Shown: positions 31,801-41,372, counted from the first letter of the stretch. The stretch is 64,000 nucleotides of DNA from a bacterium (GCA_963669175.1 OY769902.1:192001-256000); one strand, 5' to 3'. Translations and numbers: made by a program. Notes: generated by a model from the sequence alone, not told the origin.

Positions 31801-33900
31801 AGCGATCAGTCAACAGTCGCCAGTAACCGTAACTGGACCATTCCGGCGCCGATCGGACCGAACTTCATGATCGCCCCTTACTGGGATGAACTCCGGACAA
31901 CAAACAATTCTGACATCCTGTACTACCACGATCAGGCGAATGGCCGCTTCATCGTGGAATGGTACGAGGTTACACATGGCACCGGATCGCCCTGTACCTT
32001 CCAGGTTATCTTCTACAGCCAGGAAGCGCGTCCAACATGGACCGGTGACAACGATATCCTGTTCCAGTACAACGAGATGTACCATTACGGCGGCAGCGCG
32101 ATGTCCTACGATGTACCTTACTGGACAACCGGCATTGAAAACGGTGATCAGACAGACGGCATCCTGATCGCTTATTGGAACGACTATGCTCCAGGTGCGG
32201 CAACCATTGCAGAAGGTTCCGCCATCCTGTTTACCACCAACATCCCGCAGATCGTTGGGCATGTCCGTGGCCAGGTAACCAGCCTTGCTTCCGGCAATCC
32301 TATTGCCGGCGCGGAAGTTCATACCCCCGACTACCTGTTCGAAGCTGTTACAGATGTGAACGGTAACTACTTCATCGAAAACTTCGTAATCGGTGACTGG
32401 GTGCTGGATGTGCTTGCTGATTGTTACAATGATCAGTACAGCATTGATATCTCGGTTGTTGAAGCCGAAACCCTGACCGTCAACTTACAGATGACTCACC
32501 CGGAATTCGATATTGGTCCGGAGGTTGTTGATGATGAACTGGTTGATGACGACGAGGTTACACATACCCTGACCATTCGGAACCCCGGCGACGGTGTCAT
32601 TTCTTTCTCGACACGCGTTGGTTACCAGGATCCTGAAGAGCGGCCACTGGTGTTTGATTATTCCGGTGTTGTCCAGGATGGCGTAGACATGATCTGGGAG
32701 CCGATGTATTCCATGGCGCTGGAAGATTATGAATCGCACCATCGTGGTATCGCTTTTGATGGCGAGTATTTCTGGGTAAGCGGCTCCAACAACTATGATC
32801 AGGATGGCTACAACCTCCTGTACCAGTATACCTTTGATGGACAATACCTGGCGACTTTCAACCAGCCGGTACCATCGGAAGCCAGAAGCCCACAAGGTTT
32901 CTACGGCCTGCACTGGGACGGTGAATACCTGTACGGTGCGGATGAGAGCATTGTATACAAGATGGAATTCCGTAAGGACCAGAACGAGTGGGAAGTCGTA
33001 GAAACTTACGAATTCCCGGTCAATCCACCTTTCCGTTACCTGACTGTCGACCCCGAAACCAACACATTCTACGTTGGCGATTACGGCACGGAAATTCGTG
33101 TGTGCCACCCCGACAGCGCGGATATCATTGCTGAATTCGGGCAGGATTTCCATCCCCGTGGCGCGGCTTGGGTCGCGGATGATCCTGATGGATACAACCT
33201 GTACATGGTCGGCCGTGTCATGAACGACGATTTCGGCCAGATTGTCAAGGTTGATCCAGACAATGGTAACTACATGGTTATCGCTACTTTCGACAACTCA
33301 TTCGTACCGGCCGGCGCATGTATTACCAATGCGTGGAACCCCCAGGTCTGGTCACTGGTTTCTGTCCTCGATGGTGTTGACATGGATGGTATTCAGCTCT
33401 GGAATGCCGGCATCAACGAACGATGGATGGAAATCGCTGATCCGGAAGGCTTCATTCCCGGTGGCGATTCGTTGTCATACGATATCACCATGTATGCCAA
33501 CCAGATGTCATCACGCGATTACCAGATGTACATCTACTTCGACCATACAGCGTGTATCGAACACAATGCTTCCGTACATGTGACCCTCTCCATCCCGAAC
33601 GTCATTGGTGAAGAGGAAAACCTGGAAGCCATGCCGTTGGAATGGGCGTTTGACGGTGCGTACCCGAACCCGTTCAACCCCTCAACCAATATCGCCTTCA
33701 CCTTGAAGGAAGCGACATCCGTACAGTTGCGTGTATACAACCTCCTGGGTCAGCAGGTGACCGTCCTGGCCGACCGCACCATGCGCGCCGGACAACACCA
33801 GCTTACGTTCGACGGTCATGATCTGGCCAGCGGCTTGTACTTCATCCGCTTCGATGCAGGGCCGATCCATGAAACACGCAAGGTCGTCCTGATGAAATAA
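28870..33900 (+). CDS. Gingipain-like C25 family protein (propeptide, C25 domain, Ig-like, carboxypeptidase-regulatory-like, propeller-like, T9SS CTD)
   Basis: GGAGG RBS; signal peptide; WKRQKG, IIGD, GRIS, DVTCYTG, MGDP; GPDRYGY domain; C-terminal AYPNPFNP...KVVLMK. Confidence 0.9.
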   Translation: MKRFLCTFLLVSLLACSAFSAQLAEQTANNLDAIKVEQRQLRDDGATLVLGIDEPTWSIAGSENNPLEVVEFALSGLLGVEGNPAVPVTGAMFRIPARSGVVVEVIETEYTTYTDVDYAAFYGSGELDELGPPQEIIDQWYPGTLAEAGEPAIFGDFRVSNLLTYPIQVNTARREVRVYNRITVDIRYEGVDETNALEHWPTHISEARLPFYRQFMDWDDEELDEYVLYRGNVVVVMQDDGALWTLLEPWLEWKRQKGWTFEFLTDSDVNWSASSIRSALQDMWDDAEIKYDYIAIIGDDQGSWPVPAGSGGSGTSHGDHLYSCVAGNDNLADVGLGRISVENNTHLTAYEYKVFNYEKEPYMEETDWYLRGAVNRSDNHAGISKIIMLRWWRNIMLGQLGFTQVDTSWGIGNNIARNAINNGVIFYGARGYISTGLQCGDINSLTNDYKTPMVIDVTCYTGNWSGGDGINECYMRAGTAAVPRGGIGGMSMATSATRPDFNHVLSGAAGWALLRLQMPHMGDMMLAAKINGWKNYHGHDDGNLNSFNQWFNQMGDPTVLLYTGLPQEMDADVETEIEVGNNSYAVTVTDDEGPVEGAWVTFYKVDDDEEVIATKVTDENGEVILEIPVRYAGDATLTVTCQHYIPEIIDVEVNNPDARVGYVDVTYLDSGASGTDGDGDGIPEAGETVGLMITAKNFGTGTETGVSITGSVDDEWISDVSGEATINSLPSGGQQLASGVVLIEIESNAQNDWIVNLNLDIESDDGGWSDVLQMTIGAPDFALVDAAVSGTLNPGDTRNIDIDIMNVGADAFSGGTGTLISRDPYVHVINESDTYNGIAVNGSGSGTFSIQAHENALPGYSTTIKLAIDGTNGTTDTVMVPVTVGNRVSTDPAGPDRYGYFAFDNTDTAYEDYVPTYDWVEINPDVNGNDYDGTSFNLSDPSENSDEGTWVELPFTIQYYGHEFDTITVCTNGFIAMSDQSTVASNRNWTIPAPIGPNFMIAPYWDELRTTNNSDILYYHDQANGRFIVEWYEVTHGTGSPCTFQVIFYSQEARPTWTGDNDILFQYNEMYHYGGSAMSYDVPYWTTGIENGDQTDGILIAYWNDYAPGAATIAEGSAILFTTNIPQIVGHVRGQVTSLASGNPIAGAEVHTPDYLFEAVTDVNGNYFIENFVIGDWVLDVLADCYNDQYSIDISVVEAETLTVNLQMTHPEFDIGPEVVDDELVDDDEVTHTLTIRNPGDGVISFSTRVGYQDPEERPLVFDYSGVVQDGVDMIWEPMYSMALEDYESHHRGIAFDGEYFWVSGSNNYDQDGYNLLYQYTFDGQYLATFNQPVPSEARSPQGFYGLHWDGEYLYGADESIVYKMEFRKDQNEWEVVETYEFPVNPPFRYLTVDPETNTFYVGDYGTEIRVCHPDSADIIAEFGQDFHPRGAAWVADDPDGYNLYMVGRVMNDDFGQIVKVDPDNGNYMVIATFDNSFVPAGACITNAWNPQVWSLVSVLDGVDMDGIQLWNAGINERWMEIADPEGFIPGGDSLSYDITMYANQMSSRDYQMYIYFDHTACIEHNASVHVTLSIPNVIGEEENLEAMPLEWAFDGAYPNPFNPSTNIAFTLKEATSVQLRVYNLLGQQVTVLADRTMRAGQHQLTFDGHDLASGLYFIRFDAGPIHETRKVVLMK

Positions 33901-33936
33901 GTGTCCTGACAACTCTCACGGCATGAACGCCGTTTT

Positions 33937-33971
33937 ATCCCCGAACCCGGATTGGGTTCGGGGATTTTCTT
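33937..33971 (+). terminator. Rho-independent terminator
   Basis: atccccgaaccc-ggatt-gggttcggggat perfect 12-bp stem followed by a T-rich tail. Confidence 0.85.
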
Positions 33972-34122
33972 AGTCGTGGAGTATTATGCTTGACGCCGAC
34001 ATGGACATATCATCGTATATCTGCTATGTATATAAGTGTTCTCGAATTTATAGTGAGTATCGAAAGTATTGTCGCATCCACAGCAGGCGAAATACTGAGG
34101 TGATCGCCGAGATGTTATAATG

Positions 34123-34265
34123 AGATTGCCGGGAAAAGGGGACGGGATCCTTTTCCTCGCACTCATACTGAATACGCTTCCAGCATTCATGGAAAAGGAA
34201 ACTGTCACCTTTTCCGTGTGATTCCTGCCTGCTCGCAAGAAAAAGGATACAGTCACCTTTCCCGA
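34123..34265. repeat. Diverged copy of the AAAAGG-palindrome composite element
   Basis: agattgccgggaaaaggggacgggatccttttcctcgc...cctgcctgctcgcaagaaaaagg matches 51837-51980. Confidence 0.85.
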
Positions 34266-34453
34266 ACCATCTACACTGCGGTTGGGTGGCCCGATTCACA
34301 AGTGATAAATCTTCCGTTGTGGTTGCAGTTTGAATACTGTGATGCTGTTTTGACTCATGACGCAACTTCGAGTGAGTCGGGATTGAGGCATGGAAAGGAA
34401 ACTGTACCCTGAAACAATCTTGAAACTCCATGGTATGCTGGCCCAGCGGAAGG

Positions 34454-34990
34454 TTACTGCAAGGTATCTGCGGGTGCGTTCTCATCTGCCTCAGGAGGAA
34501 GAAGCGTTTCAAGTTTTTCAGTGAGTGTTGCTCCATAGGGCGCCTGGTAGCCAATCGTCCGGTATACTTCATTCGCGTTACCATCAAGGATAACAATCGT
34601 CGGCGGCGCCAGTACACCCCAGCTCAAAGAGGCCTGGGCGGTTGGATCGCTGAGTACCGGAAACTGTACATCATGAGCATGCAGCCAGTTTTTGACACGT
34701 TGCAGCCTTTTGCTGCGGTCCACGTTGATACCCAGTACGCCAATACGGTTTCCATACTGTGCCTGAGCGTCAACGATCCAGCGTGACGCATGTTCTGCCG
34801 GGGAACAGCAGGCTTTGAAAACAAAAATAATCCAGGGACGGCCGTCCGTCGGCAGCACATCAGGCTCAACACTGCCGGGAACAGGGGATAATAAATGAAG
34901 TTGTTCGATGAGGCTGGAGCGATCCTGCGCCAGCCCTTCATGGATTGTGACTACCAGGAGAAAGAGAAGCAAACCCTTTATTCTGCGCAT
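34454..34990 (-). CDS. TlpA/ResA-like thioredoxin-fold periplasmic protein with atypical active site
   Basis: Signal peptide; VLGINVD, FPVLSD, PTIVILD; active site reads ACCSPA instead of WCxxC. Confidence 0.8.
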   Translation of the reverse strand: MRRIKGLLLFLLVVTIHEGLAQDRSSLIEQLHLLSPVPGSVEPDVLPTDGRPWIIFVFKACCSPAEHASRWIVDAQAQYGNRIGVLGINVDRSKRLQRVKNWLHAHDVQFPVLSDPTAQASLSWGVLAPPTIVILDGNANEVYRTIGYQAPYGATLTEKLETLLPPEADENAPADTLQ

Positions 34991-34991
34991 G

Positions 34992-35675
34992 TCAAAATCC
35001 GCCGTTTATATAGATTATGTAGGCACCGGCAAACATCATCAGCACGCCAAATACTCTCTTCGACCAGACAGAAAAATTCATGGCGCCTTTGCTGGCGGCG
35101 AATTTCTGGACAAAACCCGCTGAAATCCCGGCGACGATAATCAGCGCCACATGACCAATAGCATAAACAAAAAGCAGCAGAATGCCGTAAAGAACTTTGC
35201 CCTGGGAAGCTACAAAGGTGAGGATGACAACCAGCACAGGAGTAGCACAGGGCGATGATGCAACACCGAACAGAAGCCCCAGAAGGAAAGCTCCAATAGC
35301 GCCGCGAGTCTTGGGTTGCAGTTTGCCCGGCATTGGGATTCGAACATCATACAGCCCGATCATTGATAGCCCCATCGCAATGACAAGGATGCCAACAATC
35401 CAGTACCACGCGGTACCAACCTGTCCGAACAGCCGCCCGAAGATGGCAGCAATCGCGCCAAGAATGGTAAAGGTGATGGACAAGCCAAGCGCAAACAGGA
35501 GAGAATACAGGACAGACTTCTTCTGATCCCCTTCGCTCGCGCCGCCTACGTACCCGATGACCAGGGGTAGAATAGCCAGCACGCAAGGTGAGCTGGCAGA
35601 GAGAAGCCCTCCCAGGAGAACAGCGCCTATTGCCAGCAACGGATTTCCCTGTACCGCCTCAAGCAGTCCTTCCAT
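34992..35675 (-). CDS. ccdA: Cytochrome c biogenesis protein CcdA (DsbD TM domain)
   Basis: SPCVLAILP and SSPCATP redox cysteines; six TM helices. Confidence 0.9.
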   Translation of the reverse strand: MEGLLEAVQGNPLLAIGAVLLGGLLSASSPCVLAILPLVIGYVGGASEGDQKKSVLYSLLFALGLSITFTILGAIAAIFGRLFGQVGTAWYWIVGILVIAMGLSMIGLYDVRIPMPGKLQPKTRGAIGAFLLGLLFGVASSPCATPVLVVILTFVASQGKVLYGILLLFVYAIGHVALIIVAGISAGFVQKFAASKGAMNFSVWSKRVFGVLMMFAGAYIIYINGGF

Positions 35676-36094
35676 CAGAAGGTCACTCCCATGTCCTGGA
35701 ATACCTTTTCAATTTCTTCTTTGGGAAAGAATCCCTCATGACGGAAGAACTCGGTCCCGTCAGCTTTCAGGAAAACCTGGGTAGGGATAAGACGAATCTG
35801 GAATTTCTTCGCCATGTCAGGAAGCTTCTTTACATCATAGAACCTGATCTCGATTTTATCAGCATGCTCTTCACGCAATGCTTCCATAACCGGAACCATT
35901 TTCTGGCAGGGAATACAGGTCTCGCTTCCCAATTCAATCATTGTTGGAAGTGTATAGCTCTCTTCCGTCGCCACCCTCTGTTCAGAACCTTCCTGATCCT
36001 TTGCTTGTGCTTCACTTTTCTCGCCAGAACAGGAAACAGCCATTCCCAGGCTTGCGACCAGCACGATCAGTATCAACCAACGCCACAACTTCAT
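35675..36094 (-). CDS. Thioredoxin-family lipoprotein
   Basis: Lipobox MAVSC; ELGSETCIPC; IPTQVF...RHEGF. Confidence 0.88.
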   Translation of the reverse strand: MKLWRWLILIVLVASLGMAVSCSGEKSEAQAKDQEGSEQRVATEESYTLPTMIELGSETCIPCQKMVPVMEALREEHADKIEIRFYDVKKLPDMAKKFQIRLIPTQVFLKADGTEFFRHEGFFPKEEIEKVFQDMGVTF

Positions 36095-36171
36095 CAAATC
36101 CCCCAACTGTAAAGTTCACGTCTCCAGGGAGAAACAAGCTTCATCTTGATTTCGTAGAATCAGCCTGATAA

Positions 36172-36193
36172 TTTATGCACAGTCATGCATAAA
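36172..36193. promoter_or_regulatory. ArsR-type operator in the divergent promoter
   Basis: Inverted repeat TTTATGCA-cagtca-TGCATAAA. Confidence 0.75.
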
Positions 36194-36221
36194 AGCAAGA
36201 AATGTGGACTACGGAGTCAAC

Positions 36222-36545
36222 ATGATCGACAACAAGAAAACGGAATCGGAAGCCCAGCTCCTCTCGCTATTGGGTCAGCCCACGCGTTTGAAGCTTCTCT
36301 ATTTTCTTCGATTCGGAGAGAAATGCGTATGCGAAATCCACCCCCAAATGAAAGAAGATCAATCAGTTATCAGTCGTCATTTAATTAAATTGCGGGATAT
36401 GGGTATTCTGGGGTGGCGAAAAGAAGGTGTCTCTGTCTATTACTGGATTGCCGAACCTCGTGTTTTCCGCATATTGGAGATGGCGGACGCTATTGTCCAT
36501 GACTTCACGCAAAAGAAGGCAAAGGATGTAAAAGAAGCGCTGTAG
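36222..36545 (+). CDS. ArsR/SmtB family repressor
   Basis: LGQPTRLKLL, CVCEI metal site, SVISRHLIKL, VYY wing. Confidence 0.93.
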   Translation: MIDNKKTESEAQLLSLLGQPTRLKLLYFLRFGEKCVCEIHPQMKEDQSVISRHLIKLRDMGILGWRKEGVSVYYWIAEPRVFRILEMADAIVHDFTQKKAKDVKEAL

Positions 36546-36558
36546 TATTCAGGAAGAT

Positions 36559-36580
36559 TTCATGCGTTCTTGTGCATAAA
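36559..36580. promoter_or_regulatory. Second operator copy upstream of the permease
   Basis: Reverse complement TTTATGCACAAGAACGCATGAA matches the 36172 site. Confidence 0.6.
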
Positions 36581-36590
36581 GGTTTTACCG

Positions 36591-37694
36591 ATGATTGTAG
36601 ATTTACTTTTATCCGGATGGCACGCTCTCACTGAGTATTTATCGGCTCATGTCCTGACGTGTCTTATCCCGGCCTTTTTTATTGCCGGGGCGATTGCCGT
36701 TTTTGTCAGCCAGTCGGCAATAATCAAATACTTCGGGCCTGAAGCAAAAAAATGGCTTTCTTACAGTATCGCATCGGTATCAGGTGCGATACTGGCGGTC
36801 TGTTCCTGTACCATCCTGCCGTTGTTTGCGGGAATCCGGCAACGAGGGGCCGGGCTGGGACCGGCGGTAACATTTCTGTATTCCGGCCCTGCAATTAACG
36901 TCTTGGCTATTATCTATTCCGCCCAGTTGCTGGGGTTTGACCTGGGGATAGCGCGTGCGGTTGGAGCAATCGTTTTTTCGGTTCTGATCGGTTTAATTAT
37001 GGCGTTGATTTTCAAAAAACAGGAAGCTGCGCTGTTTCAGGAGAAGGGTGAATGGTCGTTTTCGTCCGACGATGATGACTTACATCCATTCAAACAGCTT
37101 ATCCCCTATTTCGCGGCGATGGTCCTTTTACTCGTAGCAGCTTCTTCCATCGGCCTGGTGATTGGCCTGGCATCCGGTGAAGAGGGCCGAATGACCCTCA
37201 TCATGGATGGCAAACCAATTCCTGCAGCGCTTTCGCTGGTTCTTCTTGCTGCAATTTTGTTCATGGCGTTTCGCTGGTACAACCATGATGAACTGGTCCA
37301 GTGGATGGAAGAAACCTGGAAACTGATGAAGAAGATCATCCCAGTTCTTCTGCTGGGTGTTTTCATTGCCGGAATTATTCGTGTGTTACTGCCTGAGTCC
37401 GTTGTGCAAACTTGGGTAGGCGGAAACAGTATCTGGAACAACCTGTTGGCAAGTGTTTTTGGCGCACTGATGTACTTCTCCACCCTGACAGAAGTACCGA
37501 TTGTACGTGCGCTGATGGACCTCGGCATGGGCAAAGGCCCGGCCCTGACTCTGCTGCTGGCAGGTCCATCGTTGAGTTTACCGAACATGATTGTAATAGG
37601 ACGCGTTATGGGTGTAAAACGAACAGCCGTATACGTTGCCCTGGTGATAGTACTTTCCACTGCTGTGGGAATGCTTTTTGGTCAGTTGAACTGA
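36591..37694 (+). CDS. ArsP/DUF318-family permease
   Basis: HVLTCLIPAFFIAGAI, AVCSCTILPLF, YFSTLTEVP, LLAGPSLSLP. Confidence 0.9.
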   Translation: MIVDLLLSGWHALTEYLSAHVLTCLIPAFFIAGAIAVFVSQSAIIKYFGPEAKKWLSYSIASVSGAILAVCSCTILPLFAGIRQRGAGLGPAVTFLYSGPAINVLAIIYSAQLLGFDLGIARAVGAIVFSVLIGLIMALIFKKQEAALFQEKGEWSFSSDDDDLHPFKQLIPYFAAMVLLLVAASSIGLVIGLASGEEGRMTLIMDGKPIPAALSLVLLAAILFMAFRWYNHDELVQWMEETWKLMKKIIPVLLLGVFIAGIIRVLLPESVVQTWVGGNSIWNNLLASVFGALMYFSTLTEVPIVRALMDLGMGKGPALTLLLAGPSLSLPNMIVIGRVMGVKRTAVYVALVIVLSTAVGMLFGQLN

Positions 37695-37706
37695 AGGAGT
37701 TTGATC

Positions 37707-37949
37707 ATGAAGAAAATAGAAGTACTCGGTATCGGTTGCCCGAACTGTAAAAAGACAGAAGCGATTATCCGAAAAGTCCTGGACAAAAAGGGCTGGAAAG
37801 AAGGAACGGAATTCAGTATTGAGAAAGTTACCGATCCCTCAGACATTGCCGCGCGTGGTGTCCTGGCAACTCCTGGTGTGGTGATTGATGGTGAGATTAT
37901 TTCACGCGGCAAAGTGCCCTCCGCAAGCACAGTTGAAGGCTGGTTCTGA
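37707..37949 (+). CDS. MTH895-family small redox-active disulfide protein
   Basis: IEVLGIGCPNC, GVLATPGVVIDG. Confidence 0.92.
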   Translation: MKKIEVLGIGCPNCKKTEAIIRKVLDKKGWKEGTEFSIEKVTDPSDIAARGVLATPGVVIDGEIISRGKVPSASTVEGWF

Positions 37950-37950
37950 T

Positions 37951-38028
37951 TCATCTCCGGATATGGTTACATTTGCAGTGTTCGAAGATCCGGAAGGCAA
38001 CAAGGTTGGCCTGGTGGAAGACATGTAA
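37951..38028 (+). pseudogene. C-terminal remnant of a VOC/glyoxalase-family gene
   Basis: Translates SSPDMVTFAVFEDPEGNKVGLVEDM*, carrying the VOC FxDPEGNxxxL signature; N-terminal part missing. Confidence 0.7.
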
Positions 38029-38053
38029 AATAGCGGAATATTACTATTCGCCA

Positions 38054-38297
38054 GAAAATCGGGACTGCTACTCTTTTCTGCTGGAGACATTTTCTGAACA
38101 CAGGGTTATGACGAGTTGACCAGATGAATACTGGCCTTCATAGCGTAAATAAGTAGCAGAAAAGGTAGCTGTACCAGGATTTTCGGCGGATCTCGAACAA
38201 CATGCTTGCGAAAAATCCGGTACAGCTACCTTTCGGAAACTCTTGATTCAAAATCCTGATTTGATAACAATGAAAAGTAGCAGTCCCATTTTTCGCC
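38054..38297. repeat. Four-palindrome element, subfamily 2
   Basis: gaaaatcgggactgctac...gaaaaggtagctgt...ggtacagctacc...gaaaagtagcagtcccatttttcgcc; direct copy at 41605-41843. Confidence 0.85.
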
Positions 38298-38305
38298 GCC
38301 ACTCT

Positions 38306-38346
38306 GTCATCCCGGAAACGCTGTCGTTTAGTGTTATTCGGGATCC
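38306..38346 (+). repeat. GTCATCCCGG-type palindromic element
   Basis: Near-identical to 1068-1108. Confidence 0.8.
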
Positions 38347-38504
38347 ACTACGAATCCGTCTCCGGCTAATAAACTGAAAAAACTAGTATTTCCTTGTTCC
38401 CGGTCATCCTCTATATTGTAAGATTGGAGCTGGGGGTTCCTGCCCGTAAAAATCACATGGAGTATACACTTCGTGTGTGTTTTGATTGCCGGATGGAGGT
38501 GTTT

Positions 38505-41372
38505 ATGAGGGGTGTTGGGGTTGTGTTGTTAGTGCTGGCCATAGTCTGTTCTGCCGGAATGGTTTATACGCTTGGCAGCGAAGTGCCGGGCACGTATAAA
38601 AATCAGGTAGGCATACAGCATTTGGCAAAAGAAATGCAAATCATGTCCTATCATGTGAAAGGCAAGCAGGGCCATCGCAAGCATCATGAATGGTTGTTAT
38701 TGCGTAACCCGGAAACCGGACGCATCCCACGTGCGATTCGTTCACGCGAGCTCCAGTTTGCCCAGTCGTTGCCTGTAGCCGGACAATCCACTGCCAAAGC
38801 AAACGCCCGAACAGTCAGCACCCAGAATTGGACACCTCGCGGCCCGTGGAATGTGGGCGGACGCACCCGTGCCCTGCAATTGGACGTTTCCAACCCGGAC
38901 CGTGTTCTGGCCGGTGGCGCCAGTGGGGGATTGTGGGTAAGCGAGGATGGTGGCGCCACCTGGACACGTACCTCTTCCATGGCCGCTACTCCCAGCGCGA
39001 CCTGCCTGGCCCAGGATATTCGTGAAGGACACACCGACACCTGGTATTACGGGACCGGTGAATATTACGGCAGCGGCACCCACTCCATGAACGGAGAATG
39101 GTGGCATTTCTGGGGTGAAGGCATTTTCAAGTCAGAAGATGGTGGTGAATCGTGGAATCGTCTCGAATCCACCTCCAGCGACTCGGCAACCTTCACATCT
39201 CCTTTTGATGTGGTTTTCCGCATTATTACCAACCATACCAACGAAGACCAGGATGAAGTCCTCGCAGCGTTATACGGCTGCATTCAGCGCAGTGTGGATG
39301 GCGGCGAGACCTGGGAAACGGTGGTGGGCAGCTTTAATCCTGGGCCGGACGGACAGCTCTGGGGTAACATGGCCTGGACTGATATTGATATCGGCCCCAA
39401 CGGCACCATGTACGCCACGGTTGCCAACAGCCAGACAGGACGTGGCATCTGGCGTTCCACCGATGGCGTCACCTGGGAGAACATTCTTCCGCCAAACTTC
39501 CCCACAGCGTACCAGCGAATTGTGCTGGATGTTTCACCCCAAAGTGACAGCCTGGTTTATTTTCTCGGGGTCACCCCGGGATTTGGGTTTACTGAAGGAA
39601 GCGACGGCGGCATTAGTTTGTTCAAGCTTGAGGTCACTGTTGTGGGTGATATCTGGACCGATTTGTCTCAGAACCTGCCCAACATGAGCGATGTCTACCC
39701 GAATGGTTCGGGGTCCAGATTTACGACACAGGGCGGCTACGACATGCTGGTTAACGTCCACCCGGACGATCCCACAGCTATCTTTGTGGGCGGCAGCAAC
39801 CTCTTCCGTAGCGATGATGGCTTCGAATCCGATGATTCTACATACTGGATCGCCGGGTACAATCCGACCTGGACGAATATCTATGATCCCGGATCCATGG
39901 TGTATCCCGGTAATCACCCGGATGTTCACAAGATGGTATTCGACCCACGTAATTCCGGGACCATGTATCTTTCCAGTGACGGTGGCGTATCGCGTACCGA
40001 TGAATGCCTTTTGCAACCAGGTGTGAATGACTATATGACCTGGACACAGGCTGATGGATACCTGACGACACAATTCTACTGGGTTGCAGTCAATCCACTG
40101 GAAGATAACAACCACGAGATCAGTGGCGGCATGCAGGACAACAGCACCTGGCTTTCCTTTGACAATGATGTCGAAGCTCTTTGGACCATCATTGGCCCGG
40201 GTGACGGCATGGCTTGCGCGATTGGCGCTGCGGAACAACCTGACTGGACATCCTATTTTTCATCCATGCAGTATGGAAACGCCATCGTCCGTGTTACCAT
40301 GGACAATGAGGACCATAACTTGCAGGGAATTTCAATCGTCAATCCACCCAATGCCAATTTCGGTTTATGGATCACACCTTACCATCTTGATCCCTACGAT
40401 TGGAAATCGTTGTACGTTGCGGACAGTCGTTACATCTGGGTTAATGAAGATATTACGGGCAATACAACCTGGCGCATCATGCCGAACTTCAGCATCAACA
40501 CCGGCAACATCAGCGCCTTTGATGTGAGTTATGAACCTGCGCATGTGGCCTACATTGCGGTCAGTCCCTCATCCGGAAGTACCGCACGTCCAACGATCTA
40601 CCATGTTGACAATATCCTGTCCACCGAGCCGGTGATAACCCCCAGCGAAACTGACATCTTCCCTCGCGGCGCCTGGTGTCATTCCATCGCGATTGACCCG
40701 GCTGATGCGGACCGTGCCCTGGTCACCTTCACCAACTACGGTATCCAGTCCCTGTTTTACACCTCGGACGGCGGCGCAACCTGGACCCATGTCAGCGGTA
40801 ATCTGGAAGAGAACGAGGATGGCAGCGGGGATGGCCCGGCGGTGTACTGGGTTGAGATTACACGCTACCAGGGAACCCGTCCCCTCTTCCTGGCAGGCAC
40901 AAGTGTAGGCCTGTATTCCAGTGAGCGCCTGAACGGTTCGGAAACTGTGTGGGTACAGGAAGGCGCGGAGACGATTGGTCACATGATGGTGAGTTCGATG
41001 GATATTCGCCAGAGTGATGGCTATATCGGGATTGGCACGCATGGCGGTGGCACCTATACCGCCGAGCTGTTCCTGGATAGTCCGGAAGAAGCTATCGCAG
41101 AGATGCCTGCGGAATTCGCAATTGAACAGGCCTATCCCAATCCGTTCAACAGTACGGTACGCTTGACGGTTGCGCTTCCGCGCAATGCCAAGGCAACCCT
41201 GACCATTCATGACCTGCTGGGCAGGAAGGTCGCCACGCTCGCCAGTGAGGAACTCACGGCGGGACGACATGCGTTTACCTGGAACGCCGAGAACCATGCG
41301 TCAGGCAACTACTTCGCTACCCTGGAAGCAGAGGGGCAGGTTTCAACGGTACGGTTGTCACTGGTGAAATAG
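38505..41372 (+). CDS. Secreted BNR/Asp-box (VPS10-like) beta-propeller protein with T9SS CTD
   Basis: GPWNVGGRTRA, repeated SxDGGxTW boxes, HPDVH, GGMQDN, GTHGGG; C-terminal AYPNPFN...LSLVK. Confidence 0.88.
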   Translation: MRGVGVVLLVLAIVCSAGMVYTLGSEVPGTYKNQVGIQHLAKEMQIMSYHVKGKQGHRKHHEWLLLRNPETGRIPRAIRSRELQFAQSLPVAGQSTAKANARTVSTQNWTPRGPWNVGGRTRALQLDVSNPDRVLAGGASGGLWVSEDGGATWTRTSSMAATPSATCLAQDIREGHTDTWYYGTGEYYGSGTHSMNGEWWHFWGEGIFKSEDGGESWNRLESTSSDSATFTSPFDVVFRIITNHTNEDQDEVLAALYGCIQRSVDGGETWETVVGSFNPGPDGQLWGNMAWTDIDIGPNGTMYATVANSQTGRGIWRSTDGVTWENILPPNFPTAYQRIVLDVSPQSDSLVYFLGVTPGFGFTEGSDGGISLFKLEVTVVGDIWTDLSQNLPNMSDVYPNGSGSRFTTQGGYDMLVNVHPDDPTAIFVGGSNLFRSDDGFESDDSTYWIAGYNPTWTNIYDPGSMVYPGNHPDVHKMVFDPRNSGTMYLSSDGGVSRTDECLLQPGVNDYMTWTQADGYLTTQFYWVAVNPLEDNNHEISGGMQDNSTWLSFDNDVEALWTIIGPGDGMACAIGAAEQPDWTSYFSSMQYGNAIVRVTMDNEDHNLQGISIVNPPNANFGLWITPYHLDPYDWKSLYVADSRYIWVNEDITGNTTWRIMPNFSINTGNISAFDVSYEPAHVAYIAVSPSSGSTARPTIYHVDNILSTEPVITPSETDIFPRGAWCHSIAIDPADADRALVTFTNYGIQSLFYTSDGGATWTHVSGNLEENEDGSGDGPAVYWVEITRYQGTRPLFLAGTSVGLYSSERLNGSETVWVQEGAETIGHMMVSSMDIRQSDGYIGIGTHGGGTYTAELFLDSPEEAIAEMPAEFAIEQAYPNPFNSTVRLTVALPRNAKATLTIHDLLGRKVATLASEELTAGRHAFTWNAENHASGNYFATLEAEGQVSTVRLSLVK

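Noticed and set aside
34454-37949. Selenocysteine recoding in the redox proteins
   Set aside because: All active-site codons are ordinary Cys; no in-frame TGA occurs at motif positions.
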